Part shown: positions 1 through 19,031 of the stretch, piece after piece
How the letters are laid out: each line of letters starts with the position of its first letter
How positions within the stretch are numbered: the stretch's first letter is position 1
Source: Ascidiella aspersa
Taxonomy: Eukaryota
Assembly: GCA_963924565.1 (NCBI GenBank)
Contig: OZ004607.1
Span: 30,132,001-30,196,000, forward strand
DNA: 64,000 nucleotides
Direction of reading: 5' to 3'
Position numbers and translations under genes: made by a program
The notes under the pieces: model-generated
Told to the model about the DNA's origin: nothing
What the model saw: the letters and a program-made list of their open reading frames with translations, nothing else
Databases searched by the model: none

Positions 1-677
1 TCGCTTGGTTTCTTAGTCGCGCAAAAACACACGTGCTTAATTTTAATGTAGAATGCCCTGCTTTAACGCAGTAAACATCACGCAAATTTTTAGGGCATCG
101 TAATACGAACGGTGAGTCGTAAACAACAAGTTTAACGCCCACAAAAATAAGTTAAATACAACAGTTAAGACACTAAATTGTGACAGGAACGTTGCAGATC
201 AAAAAAAAAATGGAATTGTGTGCAACCATTTATTTCGCGCTAGTGTTAGTGATGCGATAGTGGTGGTGTAATGGCTGTACTTTCTTAAGGTGATATAACG
301 TGCGCGTTAAATCGTTTGGCGAGCCCGGGAAAATCATCTCGCGTGCCACTTTTGGCATGCACTAACATACATTTTTTAACGGTATATGTAGTAAGAAGCC
401 ATATCTCAAACACTAGAGCCAACTCAGCAAAAATAATGGCAGTTTCGGACTCAGCGCCCCTGGTATACCCCTAAATTTATCAAACGCATCATGCCCTTTG
501 AAAAAAATATTTTTTGTTGGCCTGTGAATTATTATTGCATGAACAAATAAATGTTTTTAATTTAAATTGCTTCTTATATTCCTTTTTTGTTTTTGCCTTT
601 GATTTTGTTCATCTTGCCTTTTTGACAAACTGTTTTTTTAGTTTTATCACTGTTCGCTAAGTGTACATAAAAAATGT

Positions 678-1550
678 AGGGTAATGTTGTCCGTAATGGG
701 ATACTTTTCTTTCAAATTATTATAGCTATAAATTATCACAGTGATATTTTAAAAGTTTATTGTCTGTCATAAACGCTTTGGCAATACTAGCTTTTGAGTA
801 TTTAAATCGTCTTAAAAATACTTTGTTGTCTCCAGTCTTTACAAACCAAAGTTTCATATGATCGGACATTATGATTCGCAAGATTGGACAGAAATATCCT
901 TTAATATAAATTGACCAATGTATTTCCCAAGGATTAAAACAACTTAAATTTTGTCCCTACAACAAATACCTTTAAACAAAATACCTCTCTTATACATTAA
1001 AACACACGGCGCAGGGCAAATCGTGTCTGTTTGTCTGTCTGTTTTGTACCGGTAGGGTACTTAATTTTAAAGTTAATTTTGTTTTACCCCGGATTGTTGT
1101 GTTTTCGTTTAATATTGTTTTACTGCTTTTGCATTTTGTCTTATAAACGTCTTTATACAGTGATCTGGGAGTTTTGACTAGACAATTAACTGTATGGCTA
1201 GTGAAAACGCATAGAAGCTTTAAATCATATATCGAATATCATTTCACACCAACTATATAATAAAGTTTTGCCGGTTAAAAACTTGGAACCAGTTGGCTCC
1301 TCGTTATTATTCTCCTTTTAGTATTATTCCAAAAAACTGGAATCCTTCAATCCGAGTATATCCACCATTTCCCCTGTTAAGTAGCCCCTAGTTACAAAAA
1401 AATAAATCATTTTCACTATGTTGACATCAATTCAAGTGGTAGCCTAATATAACCCAACGACATATAGTTTTGGGCTACCTATAATGGCACGTTGTTGTAA
1501 ACGCGATGTCCCGACTCAGGGAACGTCCCATATAGGGCAATATTCCCCTA
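678..1550. mobile_element. Old non-autonomous TIR element
   Basis: Imperfect ~25-bp inverted termini tagggtaatgttgtccgtaatggga / tcccatatagggcaatattccccta; no clear TSD. Confidence 0.45.
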
Positions 1551-3772
1551 CTGAATTTATCTTTTTATATCTATGACGGCTGGTCAGTTAATTGGACACT
1601 GCATGCTGGCGACGTGGCAATGTGTATATCTCACTTTAGCCGGCCAATTATGTATAGTAATATGATATTTAGCCGAATTTGCAGTGAAGTCATGCCAGCC
1701 GCCCATAGCATATTGACTGACAAACAAATTTGTGGCATTTCGCTAGCCGGCCAATTCTTACTTTTAAGCGGTTGTATTTGGCTACCTGTTAAATTTTTAC
1801 AGTCATATTTAAATACAGTGATGGTAATATATAAACAGGGAAGTTTGTTGCATATAGTAAGTTATTCAGAACGTTCTACATTTCTTCATTAATATTATGA
1901 AGGAAAACCTACCAGTGTGCGCCCTTGTTTGTACGGGTTTTATCAGTAAAGTTAAACGAAAAACCTTTTAAAGTGTCCGGAAACCGTGTCATATATGCCA
2001 ATGCTGTCGGTCACAAACTATTAATGGGTTACTTTCCAAAATATTAGTGGGTTACTTAATTCCAGTACACCTTTCAGTAGCTGCAAAAGAAAAAGTCAGG
2101 TGAAACTCGTTTTTGTATTGATTATCTCGGCTTCAACGAGGTAAAAACTAAAAAAAAATCCTATACAACGAGTAGACGAGATGCTTATTAAGGTATCTAA
2201 ATCCATGTATTTTAGTACCTTAGATGAGTGCTCCGCAACAATTTTGCCGCAGCACACTGGTGTACCACAAGACCATGTGTGCAGCGACGAGAGGTATGTT
2301 ACTTGTGTTTTATGAGTACCTTATGATATTCAGTCAAATTAATGCGATTTTTTTTTTATTTAATCATGGCAGTTGCTTTAATCTCATGCAATATGTCAGG
2401 GTTAATTGTATGAGCATACTATTTCAAACTTCTTAAAACCTATGTTATCTTCTATCACCAGAAATCAAATTTAGAAACAAAATTCACTGACTCAACTACC
2501 AAGAGTATACACATACAACGGCTGCAAATACCTTAATGTTGCCTACAATCCGCTATTAGAAGGGGCCCCCTACAAATTTTAGGGCTTTGACCGGCTTAAG
2601 AGTGTTTAGAAAGTCTGCAAAACTGCAAAATCATAATAGGCCCATATAGGAACGTAATACCGGTACGTAAAAGTATTTTTTTTCAATAAAAATATATTAG
2701 TGTTTTTAAAGCTTGATAATAAACAATTTGTTTTCCTTCGCGAGGCTTTGGTGCCCCTTGCGAAGGGAAGCGAACTGCCTAAATTGCCGACTTGTGTTAC
2801 AAAAAATATCAGAATTTATTATACTAAACTATGAAAATGGCCGAATCCATAAAATTGATAAGCCAATGACCTATGCTTTAACTACGTGCAAATCTAATTA
2901 ATAAAACATGTGTGTTAAATTGGTATACACTTATGTTAAGAGCAGTATTTCTTAATCTTCTTTGCCTCACGGAGGACATGTAGACCTCTAAAAACCTGGC
3001 GGCGCACTTAGCGAGCTCTATTTTTTTGGTTTAGCCCGGTATTTTTCCGATCCTAAGGAAAAAATTAAAAAAACGATAAAAAAACGTTTTATTTTTGGAT
3101 TAATTTTCCACTTGCCCGCGTTTCACCTGGTTAAAGTTCCATGGAGCACTAATTAGGAAGTGCTGGTTTAATTTTTATACGTTGACCTAAATGAAAGTTC
3201 TGCGAACACAAAGTATTGTAGTTATTGATTTTCTGTTATGTGGCAACGTCTTTATAATTTTCAATCTTACAAGTTACATTGTCCTATAACAAACTTAATA
3301 TTTTGTAACTTTTACCAGAACTTCTGGTAGTGGAAGGCAATCGTTTTCTACTCCATCTGTATGCTACCGAACAGTATTGTGCCCGAAAAGGTTTATAAGG
3401 GTGCGCCGAATTTATTTTTTTTTTAATTTTGGAAAATACCATATTTTATAGCAAATATAAATGCAGACAAGCAGGCAAGCAAGCATGTGGACTTGAATAC
3501 GCACTATTAGAAATCTGACAAAACATAAAATTGTATTCACTAAATGTAATGCCCTGTATCAAGGTCGACTGTCAACTTTTTTTTTTGTCAACTTTATTTT
3601 TTTTTTACAATATTTTTTCATGGAAAATGTGCCGATTTTTTTTATTTAGTTGTATTAGTGTACCGCAAGCTAAAAACTTTTAAGACGCACTGCTCTACAC
3701 AGACGAAAAATTACTAAACTACTACAAATATAATACGACAAAACGACAAGTTTAGTTCCACAAAATATGTTT

Positions 3773-8412
<4,640 letters not shown>

Positions 8413-9400
8413 TTCGACTGTTTTTTCTGCAAAACTAACGAAATCCTTCTTGATATAAAACAAGTTGCACTGGTGCAGGACTGCAGGTATTAACACAATC
8501 TATAGGTTTGACGCTGCCTTTTAAAAACACATTTTTTAAAAAACTCACAAACATACTTTCGAAACAGGCCAAGAGCAAAACGACAAAAGCTACTGTTAGT
8601 CTCGAATAAAATGCCTAAAAAGAGCTTAGCCTATTTTGTAAAATAAAAGCAGACATAAATGCCTTATTGCTTTAAGCATGTTGCACCCCCGCAAGATTCT
8701 CATCACTGCCTAACGCATTCGCGTCGGTAGCGTGTTTATAGAACCGGCGCTGACCTTTCGAGTCTAACCTTAAGCAAACAAGAGTCATTCAATAAAGGCC
8801 ACTATATCACCTGACTTTTCAGTCACCTGATTTGACGATGTTTGCTCAACCGGCGCTTTCTCCGACTGATCTTAAGTGCGATATCTACGATTTTCTAAAC
8901 AATTACCGGATTAAAAAATGTATATATTAGACGTGCTCGTCGTGCTGTTATTGTGAATTACGGTTATAATAAACCCATTTACTTTATACGTTGGTTTCTA
9001 TTCTATTAGCACTGAATAATTTTAGTACTGTAAGTTTTGTGCAATAAACAATCAAAAAATTGAAAATGGAAATCATATATGCAGGGGGGAGAATTTTCTA
9101 AAAGCTACGTTATTTTTTTACGATGATTAGTTGTACAAATTAAGGTTTTGTTCGTGACCCACGCTATCCAAAGCTTCGCCACCCCTTCCCGGTGTGATGA
9201 ACAGATTTACCCAAAGCCGATAAACGCGAAACTCACCCATTTTAAGAAAGCAAAATGTCAATAAAGTAAGTTGACACATTAAAGAAAGGATGTTAGGCTT
9301 GCTGCCTTCAATATCATGTCAGCTAGGTATAATGCTTCACACTGACCGCTATTGCTCAGTTAGACTTTTCAACAAAAATGTCTGTGGCTTTCGGCGGCGC

Positions 9401-9545
9401 GTACGTGACTATACTGACTATGTTTTCCTGGCAAACACACGTGACAGCAAACCTGGCAATGCACGTGACGATGTATGCCTGACAAATACAAACGACAGCA
9501 AGCCTGTTAATACACGTGACTGTAGCCTAGCTAAGTGCATGTGAT
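9401..9545. repeat. Degenerate ~24-27 bp minisatellite containing CACGTGAC
   Basis: Units of the form cctggcaa(a/t)..cacgtgac: three perfect CACGTGAC plus TACGTGAC and CATGTGAT variants. Confidence 0.65.
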
Positions 9546-9959
9546 TACAGTTTGTTTATTACCTATCCAAATCGCTGATAAAAGTTCAACTCGGTATTTA
9601 AGTTTAATACACCTGTTGCCACAGTTTCTGCTGCTGCTGCCTACAGTTTTCTGTTTGCACATAATTACATATGCTCAAAATGTTAGGGAATGTAGGATGT
9701 CTTCCTTTTTTAAGTTTAAGCACAACATCAAGTTTGCAGACTGTTTTTGTTGATTAAGTTTCGCAATGCCGATGTTGCTGTATTGTAGCGTGTAAAATAG
9801 TAAGGCTTATTTCAACCCCTCTCGTTAGGCTCTGGTAATCAGCGTTCTATTTCACAGCAAACATACCACTTTGTGCTAAATCATCCACTTTACATGTGTG
9901 CCATCGATGTCAATTTTTTTTTCTCCTTTCTCAACACGGAGTAAGACTCCACGTTGTCA

Positions 9960-12390
9960 GTAATATCGTACCAGTGTCTTGTGACTTCTTGTGAAAGACT
10001 TTTCGAAATCGAGACGTCAGGCGTGACGCAATTTTTGCCATTGTGTTCGTTGGCGCGTCATATACACTTGTTCCTATTCGACTGTTTTTCGACAATAATG
10101 TAGAAATGAAACGAAAATAATGTCAGCAGTGCTCTTGAAACCAGAGTGCCGCGGTCAAACTCTAAAAACGGGCTCAACTATAAACATTATTTCAAACTTA
10201 ATTGGCTTAATTAATTTTTGCATTTGTTTAAGTGAGATTTTGCAAAATGCGGCATCATTCAGATATTACCCTCTACCAAACATAAAACAGGTCTTTAAAT
10301 GTTACACTTCGTTTGTCGTTCGTGTGACTTCATTGTAAATGACTTTACGCACTATATATGTGGCGCATGACACATTTTCTGCCAGTGTTCTTAAGGCTTA
10401 AAGCCAATAGTTAAATTTTCAGAAATGACGTCACAAATTTACGTCATTATGTGACGCCACAAAATATCAGAGAAATGCTGCTTTCGGGCTGATGTGGAAC
10501 TAAAACAGGGCCTGAATAATTTTCAATACATATCATAACTTGTACATGGATCTCTTAACAATTTTTTTAGATGATTCAACCAATTTATGCTTTACAGTTG
10601 TAATTGTTTAAAATTTCATTCATTTTTGGAAAAAACGGGTTGATGAGCGTAAATCCTTTAGCTTACAAAGTCAAAAGCCTACTGCCTTCGGCGGTGATGC
10701 GTGCGTTCATTACGCTGCTATTGCGTCATACTGTTATAACTCTTACAACCGCATGTTACGTTATGTTCCGGGTTTCACACTCACTTCCGTGCATTTAAAG
10801 CGGTAATGAATAGTTTCGTTCAGACAGCAATACGAAAACAATATCTAGGGGTGGACAAATATATTTTAAGGGGTAAAAACAGAAAATATTTTGGAGAGCT
10901 TGAACAAAAAGCTGGCATGAAGCAATATAAAGTGTAATTTTATTTAAAAGAAAGCTGTAAATATTATTGTTATGGGCTTGAAGTGGGTCTTTGTCCCGGC
11001 CTCGAACTAGTCTCGCATGTATTGCAGAAGTTGTAACTTCTGTATTAATAGAAATCATGGCAAAGTTCATTGCAAATGAACAATATACATACGGTCAAGG
11101 CACCCGATTCGAATAGTTTTATATTTTAAACAGATTTTGATAGGGCAGTTATTACGCTAAGCGCATTTTTTGCGAAGTTTAGGCATTTTTTATCACGGAA
11201 GTGTGCATCCCAGAAAACTAGCATTTCGACTGTGTTTTCCTGTAAAACCAAAACTGTTCTTAATAAATTCCTGTAAAACTACCAAAACTGTTCCCACAAA
11301 ATGTTATAGATGAACAAAATGCACAGACATAACTTAAAACGTTGTTATTTAAAACCATGGCTTTTAAATCAAAGTTTCGGCATTTCATATGCAGGGCAAA
11401 TAACATCGTTTGAAAACAGTGTTATATTTTATAAAAACCGAAACATCAAAATTACGAAAGTCTTGTGACTTCATTATAATTGACGTAACGAACTCGAGAC
11501 GTAACGCGTGACCCAATATTTGCCAACGTATTGGTTGGCGCAAAGTTTATAGTTGTTAGTTAATGGCGTCCCCCGACAATTAAACTGTTTTTCGACTTTA
11601 CCACAAAATTGAAAGTTAAACTGTTTAAGCAGTTGTTTTGCAACCAAAGTGCCGTGCTTACAAAAAGACGTGTTATAACTAAACTTTTATTTTAAACGTT
11701 GCAAGCTATTTATTTAATTACAGCACAGTAAGTTTTGTTAAACGCTACATCACTCAAAACACACTCTTGACCAAACATCAAAAAGGTGTTGGTTTTAAAT
11801 GCCACACTTCGATATTTCGCGAGCATCTTGTGACTTCAACGTAAATGACTTTACGAATTTGCGACGCAAGGCGTGACGCAGGTTTTCCCGTGTGTTTGTT
11901 GCTCGAAGTTTATAGCTGTTAGCACTCATCGGCGCAGGCAATTAACACTTTTTTTCGCCAATATTTAAAAAAATATAATTCAAACTATCTCGAGCAGAGC
12001 TCTTGCATCCAGAGTGCTGTCTGAAACTAAATGCAAACTTTGTAACCTAAACGTTCCTTTAAAACTTGTTTTTTTGTAAAACGGTACAGCACTCAGATGA
12101 TTTGCTCGAAAAACATCACAAAGGTGTTCGTTTTACATTTTAAACTGAATGTTGTCATTCGAACGTTGTGTGGCTTCATTATAAATGACTTCATCAACTC
12201 GTGACATGATGCGTGACGTAATTTTTATCAATGTGTTTGTTGGCGCTTTGAGTTTTAGTTGCTATAGCTCAAATAATGAAGACTGTTTTCCGACACTATA
12301 AGAAAATTCAAATTCAAACTTATTCCAGCAGAGTTGCCACAGTGTTCCGAATAAATCCCCAACAAATGTTTGTTATACCTAAACGTTTCT
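9960..12390. repeat. Diverged ~345-365 bp tandem repeat array in the CYP-A/CYP-B divergent intergenic region
   Basis: An anchor (tgtgacttc...aaatgactttacg...gcgtgacgcaattttt...gtttgttggcgc...tttatagttgtt) recurs at ~9980, 10323, 11463, 11827 and 12168; paralogous units at ~23120, 23902 and 30780. Confidence 0.75.
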
Positions 12391-12398
12391 TTGTAGAG

Positions 12399-12622
12399 CA
12401 GGGTTTCTTAACCAGGGGTGCGACAATTGTTCCAAGGAGGTGCGGGAATGGTTTATAGACGCAGAAAATATATTACTGTAATTTATTTCTTTGCTCAGTT
12501 AAATGTAAAACTAACTTACATTTTGTTAATGTGTTATCAATTACTTGTTTGAATATAAAATTACAATGGTTTAGTTGGTGGTTTGAAAGGGGTGCAACAA
12601 GAAAAAAGGTTAAGCACCACTG
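12399..12622. mobile_element. hAT-type MITE
   Basis: Ends cagggtttcttaacc / ggttaagcaccactg; 8-bp TSD ttgtagag/ttgtaaag. The paralogous site at 31001-31020 is empty (ttgtagaggatgacacgcac). Confidence 0.85.
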
Positions 12623-13559
12623 TTGTAAAGGATGACACGCACCAAGTTGTTTTAAATGCTTGGCTCTTTTTTATTTTCCTATTTTACCCCACTACATTGT
12701 CCAACTTGAAGCCACTATGCACGTGACCGGTGTCCAGTGAGGTGTGACCCGCGTCCGAACCAAGCGTGATTGGCGTTTCGCAATTCATTCTAGGCCTATT
12801 TGATACGGCTTTTGTACCAGCGGCTTGAATCACCGTGTTACTCGTGTATACTGAGATTTGTGAATATATACTTAACGAGCAATATCAACTGAGTGAAGTG
12901 ACTCTGTCTAGAGTTCAAGAAGTTAAGGACAGGTATTTTAGCGGCCTGCTTCTTGGAATCAGGTAAAGCTACAAGAAACGTGTAAGAGACTCAGCTGCCG
13001 TCTGCTCTTTCGCCTAAGAGCCAGCGCATATTACCCGTAGCAACTATTCAGCTGTGATTCGCTAACCACATACAGTTTTTTGTTTAGTTTTTAGGTTTTT
13101 GATTTGGGTAAAACTTGAAAATGTGACCTCACCAAATTGTCATAACGTCATAACGTCACACAACAAAAAAAAAGCAACCTTAAAAATTCTGCTGTGTGTG
13201 GTCGAATGTGCCACTAAAACTGGATCTGAATATTTTTTATGACATAATATATTCCTTATAAAACAACCAATTTTGCTCTCAATGTTTTGTGTTTGCCATG
13301 TAACTCATTTGGTGTAAAACTAGTCGACGAAGCCTACAACGTCATGTAACAAAGGTCTGCTTCCTTTGCACGGTGACGCGAGTCAAATGACCTTATTCAT
13401 GATTGATGAGTCTGCACCAGCGCAGCCTTGCACCGTAGTGATAGGGCAATTCTTCACCCTTAGCCTTACCCTGTTCAAACGAAGGCTTTTACACCTTTCT
13501 CCTATATGACACAACAGGATTTATTTTGTTTACAGTCACAGACAGCATCTTAAACATGA

Positions 13560-13706
13560 AGCACGGGAAATGCCAATCATTTACGCTGTTTAATTTGCAT
13601 CTGTTGGTCTGTTGAGCATAAAGTAAAGGAAAAGCCTGTGTTGAGTATACAGTAGGTTCGCGACTACATCTAAACTTAAAGGGTTCAAATAAATTATTAT
13701 CATAGG
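13560..13706 (+). promoter_or_regulatory. CYP-B proximal promoter / 5'UTR: conserved CCAAT box and probable short 5'UTR intron (paralog 33180-33326)
   Basis: gcacgggaaatgccaatca is identical in CYP-B and CYP-C. It is followed by a GTAAAG/GTAAGG donor-like site and a catag/tccag acceptor-like site ~80 nt later. Confidence 0.45.
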
Positions 13707-13791
13707 TTATATAGTTGGCTTGGTCCATTCCTCGAGTCAACGAATTTATTTGGCCGTTGCCAATACCCCCCGCCAGTCAACGAAGTACAAT

Positions 13792-16700
13792 ATGCTCGAA
13801 TCAATCCAGGCCCTCCCCTCAATTGTGGTGGCAATGGTGTGCCTGCTGTTGTTCTACTGGTACCAAAGACCAAAAGGAATGCCACCAGGTCCTAGGGGCA
13901 TTCCATTTCTCGGCGTTATACCTTTCCTGGGACGCAATCCGAAGGAAGTCCTTAAAACTTGGTCACAGCGATACAGTCCGGTTTTTACGGCACGCATGGG
14001 GCGCGAAGACTGGGTCATTCTGAATGACTTTGAATCCATAAATCAGGTATGTTATTTTCACCATTAACTTGTAAAATAAAATCGGTAAAAAATTCCTACG
14101 ATATCGAACGGTCTAACTAAATAAAGAAGGCAAATCAATCGTTTTATATGGAATGAAACCAGCGTAGTCTTGCATAAACATTAGGGGTGTCAATCACATA
14201 TGTTGTTTTTAAACTCACTCGCAGGGAGCCTAGGCTATATCCTCTTTAAAAAAATTATAACCTAAATACTTTAATTAATTAGGAAATTAGATAAATACTT
14301 TGTGGTTTTTAGTTTAACATTTAGCCTACTCTTCAACGACATTAAGGAATACATTTTTTTCGTTTACATAGAGGCGGTGATTTTAAAATTCTAACAAAAT
14401 GTCAAGAATGTTCACAAACAGGCTATTTTGAGGGTTGGCTGTTGTGGCCGCTGAACTGTTTAAGCACCTCAAAATAAATTCTCAATATCTAATAATAACC
14501 GCTATATTCTCTGCTGTAATTACAGAATTATAGCCTATATTTGAAAGACCGTTTGAGCAATTTTTGAGATCATTTCGATCGCTCGAAGCACCTTTAAAAA
14601 TATCGAACCATATTAACGCCCTATACAGCAGGCCTCTGTCAGTGATAACGTGTTGTGATACTTACCAGGCTCTGGCCAAAAACGGCCAAGCGTTGTCGGG
14701 CCGACCATCCTACTCGATTTTAAAGGTCCTCTCGCAATTTCACGGACTGGTCAACGTCGACTATGGCAAGTTTTGGAAAGAACAGCGCAAATTCGGCCTT
14801 GTGACCCTTCGTGGGTGAGTAAAGAAAATGGGCGAATGGGATTCCAGCAACGAGACCGGTCTTCGTCAGAATTAAACCAAAGTTGGAAATAAGACAAAAA
14901 CTTTAGGCTAACAATTAAGTCGAAATATGACCTACATCCAAATAAGACCCATATACACACCAAACAAGATTTATACCATCTCTCACTTAAACCCGGATAT
15001 CGCCATTTTCACCAAAAACTCCACAATAATTTCATCGTTCACTCAAATTTAGTTCAAGCCATTATCTACACTTAACCCCAACCAAGGGTAAATAATCCAG
15101 TGTCATAAAAGCGGCACCTAAACGTCGATCTCAGAACGGCCGTTGTGAAAGGGGTAGCGCCCCAGCCCCCCTTTTCCCATTCCGGTTGATTTATGTCATT
15201 CCGGTTGATTTAGAACTTATTCCGATGGTTTTAGGCCATATTTCGTTGTAGATATTATTGCCACTTTGGTTTTATTTTGTCGATTCCGTTGCAAATATTG
15301 TTGCTTTATACGTCTCAGTGTGTCCTGGCAAATTGATATTGCCAATTTATATGAAACGAAATAAAATTCAGTGTTGATAATGCCGTTTGCTTTATGTTAA
15401 ATATCATCTAGCACGGTGGTGTTTTAATGGCGGATCTCGTTCCGGTTCCGGATCTTTTCAACTTTGCGTGTGGTTCTTCCAATGTACAGTCTTAAAAAAA
15501 ATCAGTATTTTCATGGTACCAATCTATGTAACTTGGCTTTTTTGCTGACTGTTTTACCACTCTAAATACTGGTTTACATGTTTACTAATCGTATTTAGTG
15601 GATCATCCTGTTTGTCAGGGTTGGCTGTGGTGGATCATGGCAGAAATCATTTGAACACCCCTTATCTAGCACGAATTATATTCTCAAAGTAGTTTAGGTC
15701 AAATTTTACTATCCACAACATATTGAAATAGGTATTGTTTGAAAATAAAAAAAAATATATATATATGTATTCTCTGACGGCTGTACTCCGTTGAAGCTAA
15801 AAATATTTAAAAAGCGTTTTTTTTGCATTTTTGATCTTAAGATTTGGGCTTGGAAAACGTGTAATGGAAGATAGAATTATAGAAGAGGCCGGTTACTTAA
15901 CTGAAGAAATCCGACGAAAAAACGGAAAACCTTTTTTTATTAAAGTAAGATACAATTAATTTGTATTTTAGATACAGTGTTTTTTTGAAACGTGAAACTC
16001 AAGTAATATGAAAAGCATATGTGTCATAACTGGATGTGCTGATGCCTTACTGGTCGATTATATTGCTGTCGATTGGCATTAATAAAATGTGCTTTCCCAT
16101 TTTCCAGACCTTGATGGCACACACTGTGTCGAACGTCATTTGCGGCGTTGCGCTCGGAAGACGATTCGACTACGGCGACCAGTGGCTTGTCAGCCTTTTG
16201 GAAATTTTGGATAAATGGTAAATTTCGGTCTGTTCAAATTAGGATGTGCAATACAAAGGTAGCCCTGACAGTGTTAGCGCAGTTCTTTTGCACAAAAAAA
16301 AAATCGTTTGTTAAAACCATGTTTGTTGAAAAGTATTATTATAGATAGGCCTATACATCCAGGATGCTGTGTGCAAGCAACAAAACTCGACGTTGGAAAA
16401 ATACAGTGGATTTCATTGTTGACATTTGTTTTAACATATGCTTTCATGCTAAACTTGCTCTAATAGATGTATAATAACCTACGATTTATTTAGTCCTTGT
16501 TTCGCAGGTCTGGTGATTTGAGCCTAACAAGGGCGTTTTTAGCACTTCAGTTCGCACCCTTGCTGGAACACTTTCCCCCGTTTAGCGCCGTAATAAAAGA
16601 GCTGAGCGTCGATGTCAACAAATTGTTGGGTGGGTCCACTTATCTATTCTATTACAACGTTTGTTTTTCCTGGAGCAGTGTCTCAATGCAACATATTTTA

Positions 16701-19031
16701 AAAACCTCTCTGATAAAATATACCTAATAGCCTACCATTATAGTTGAGAAAAGTTTTTTTTTTCGGTCCAATGCGTTACGTCCCAAATATTATTTTTGCC
16801 GGTAGAAAACTTGTCATATACGCTGCAGTAGGAAGATTATTCTACGTTCAACCCTGGACAACAGATACAGTAGTTATTTTTGTACACACGATGTACAGAT
16901 TTCAGAGACGTGCTATAGACACTTTATCTTGCAGTTTTTATAAATGAATAATCAAAATAGTGTCCGTGATGTCTCTTCAACCACGGAAGAGCATATAGGT
17001 GGTATGTGGAACCCGACGTCACATTAACTTCGTTGTTCAGGTCGCTTTGAAGTTCTGGTCAAGGAGCACGAAGATAGTTTGGATGCTGAAAATGTCCGAG
17101 ACTTTATCGACGCCTTTCTTGTGGAAATGGATAAGGGAACAGATACGTTCACAGTGCGTGGTCAAATGATCGCTGGACCGACGCGATTTGTATACAAAAA
17201 CAATTTGTGGCCGGGTCGTGTTGAAGTTGCACAAGACTTAACTTTGTAAAGTTCTACTATAAACTTTTGTAGAACAACTGGCTACGTTAAATAGTTACAC
17301 ACAACATACCACTGTGGTAACGACTTAAGTCATTTACTTGACTTTGAGTCAATGACGATGACTTGACTTACGTGCACTTAAGTCACAGTTTAAAATGACT
17401 AGATTTCACTTGAGTATTTTGGCAAAATGACTTCAAGGCTGCGGCGTCGTTTAAGGCTGTATACACCGAGTCGCGAGTCCGGTGCCGACTCTACAGCATG
17501 TATTACACATATTTGCGTAAGCAAAACAGGGTGGATATACAACAATTAATTTAAAGGGGTGTTATGTAACACATCCATCCGCAATACTTGGATGAAATAT
17601 TCCACCATTCGCTATTCCATCTTTACATTGTTTACGGCGAAATTTGGTTTGCGCATGCGCACGCAGGAGTAGGGACTCGGTTAGTTTTACGCAGTCTTAC
17701 CCGAGTACCGAGTTCGACTTCTACTACGCAGCCCTGGACTCGACTTGATTCGAGGCTTTTAGATAACTGACTTACATTTGGCAGATAAAATAATTTTCTT
17801 GCGATATGTTGGGTTTTGACTTAACCAACTGATTACTTTTTAATTGTAAACAAAACTCATAGCGCCACAGCGTAGTGCGAGATATTTCTGCAGATAATGT
17901 GAAATATTTGTCCTTTGTACAGAAACTTCAGCTCCTTCAATACCTAAGCGACCTGTTCCAAGCCGGGACCGAGACGACTTCAAGCACATTGGGCTGGTCG
18001 CTGCTCTGCCTTCTTCACTATCCACAGATGCAAGAGCGAATGTTTATTAAAGAAATCGTTGATGTCATGGGTACGAAATTCTAACTGCACTGTAATCAGG
18101 CCTAAACCAGAGGTCGCGTATACAGGAATAAAGGTCAAGATAATAACTCCACATGAAGTGGTTTGCGCAAAACTATAGACTTAAACAGCACAAATGCCCC
18201 TTTGACAGTCTCTACTGGTAACAGGTGTTTTTAATACACAAAAAGGTAGTGTAACTTATTTTCGTATGGTAACTTATTACGCTTACTGGTATACTTACAG
18301 TAAAGGATATTATACAGCCGCTGTATATCTTTGCTTTTAAAAACGACTTTTGATTTGGCAGCAAGGTTTTTATGATCTTTTAAGGCGAAGAGGGTCGTCC
18401 GACCTTTTCAATGAAGGAACAGATGCCTTACTGCAGCGCTTTTATTCACGAGATCGGACGATACCGGACTCTCCTTCCATTGGCACTTCCGCATTGCGCC
18501 ACTGAAGACACTAAAATGAACGACTTTTTTATCAACAAAGGAACAACGGTAAAAATAAAGTAAATATTATTCACACACTTCACGCTAATAACATAATTTA
18601 TCACTAGTTACAGAGATCTTAAAAATATATGCTCGGGTATAGCTATATAGCTTAACAATATCTGTATGAAATTTTAATGCGGGATAATAGGCTACTAAAC
18701 ATTGCAGTTAACACAGGTGATCGCCAACCTTTGGGCTGTTCACAACGACCCGAACCTGTTCGACCAACCTGACAAGTTCGACCCGGGCCGACACATCGAC
18801 GAGAAGGGCAACTTTGTCAAGTCCAAATACGTGATTCCCTTCTCGGTGGGTCCCCGCTATTGTCTAGGCGAGCAACTGGCAAAAATGGAGCTCTTTCTCT
18901 TTCTCACTTCCATGGTGCAAAGGTTTAAGTTCGAGCCTAAGCCCGGTCAAATGCCTGATATAGAAAATGCTTCAAAAGGATTGGTCTTCGCGCCGTTGGA
19001 ATTTGATCTGATAGCCACCGAGAGAATATAG
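13792..19031 (+). CDS. Cytochrome P450, clan 2 / CYP2-like (CYP-B), 9 exons, ~491 aa
   Basis: Exons 13792-14046, 14669-14814, 15842-15944, 16108-16217, 16508-16629, 17041-17153, 17923-18070, 18385-18548, 18717-19031; open frame (1476 nt) with the same intron positions as CYP-A. Motifs PPGP, WKEQRKF, DLFQAGTETTS, EIGR, PFSVGPRYCLG. Confidence 0.95.
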
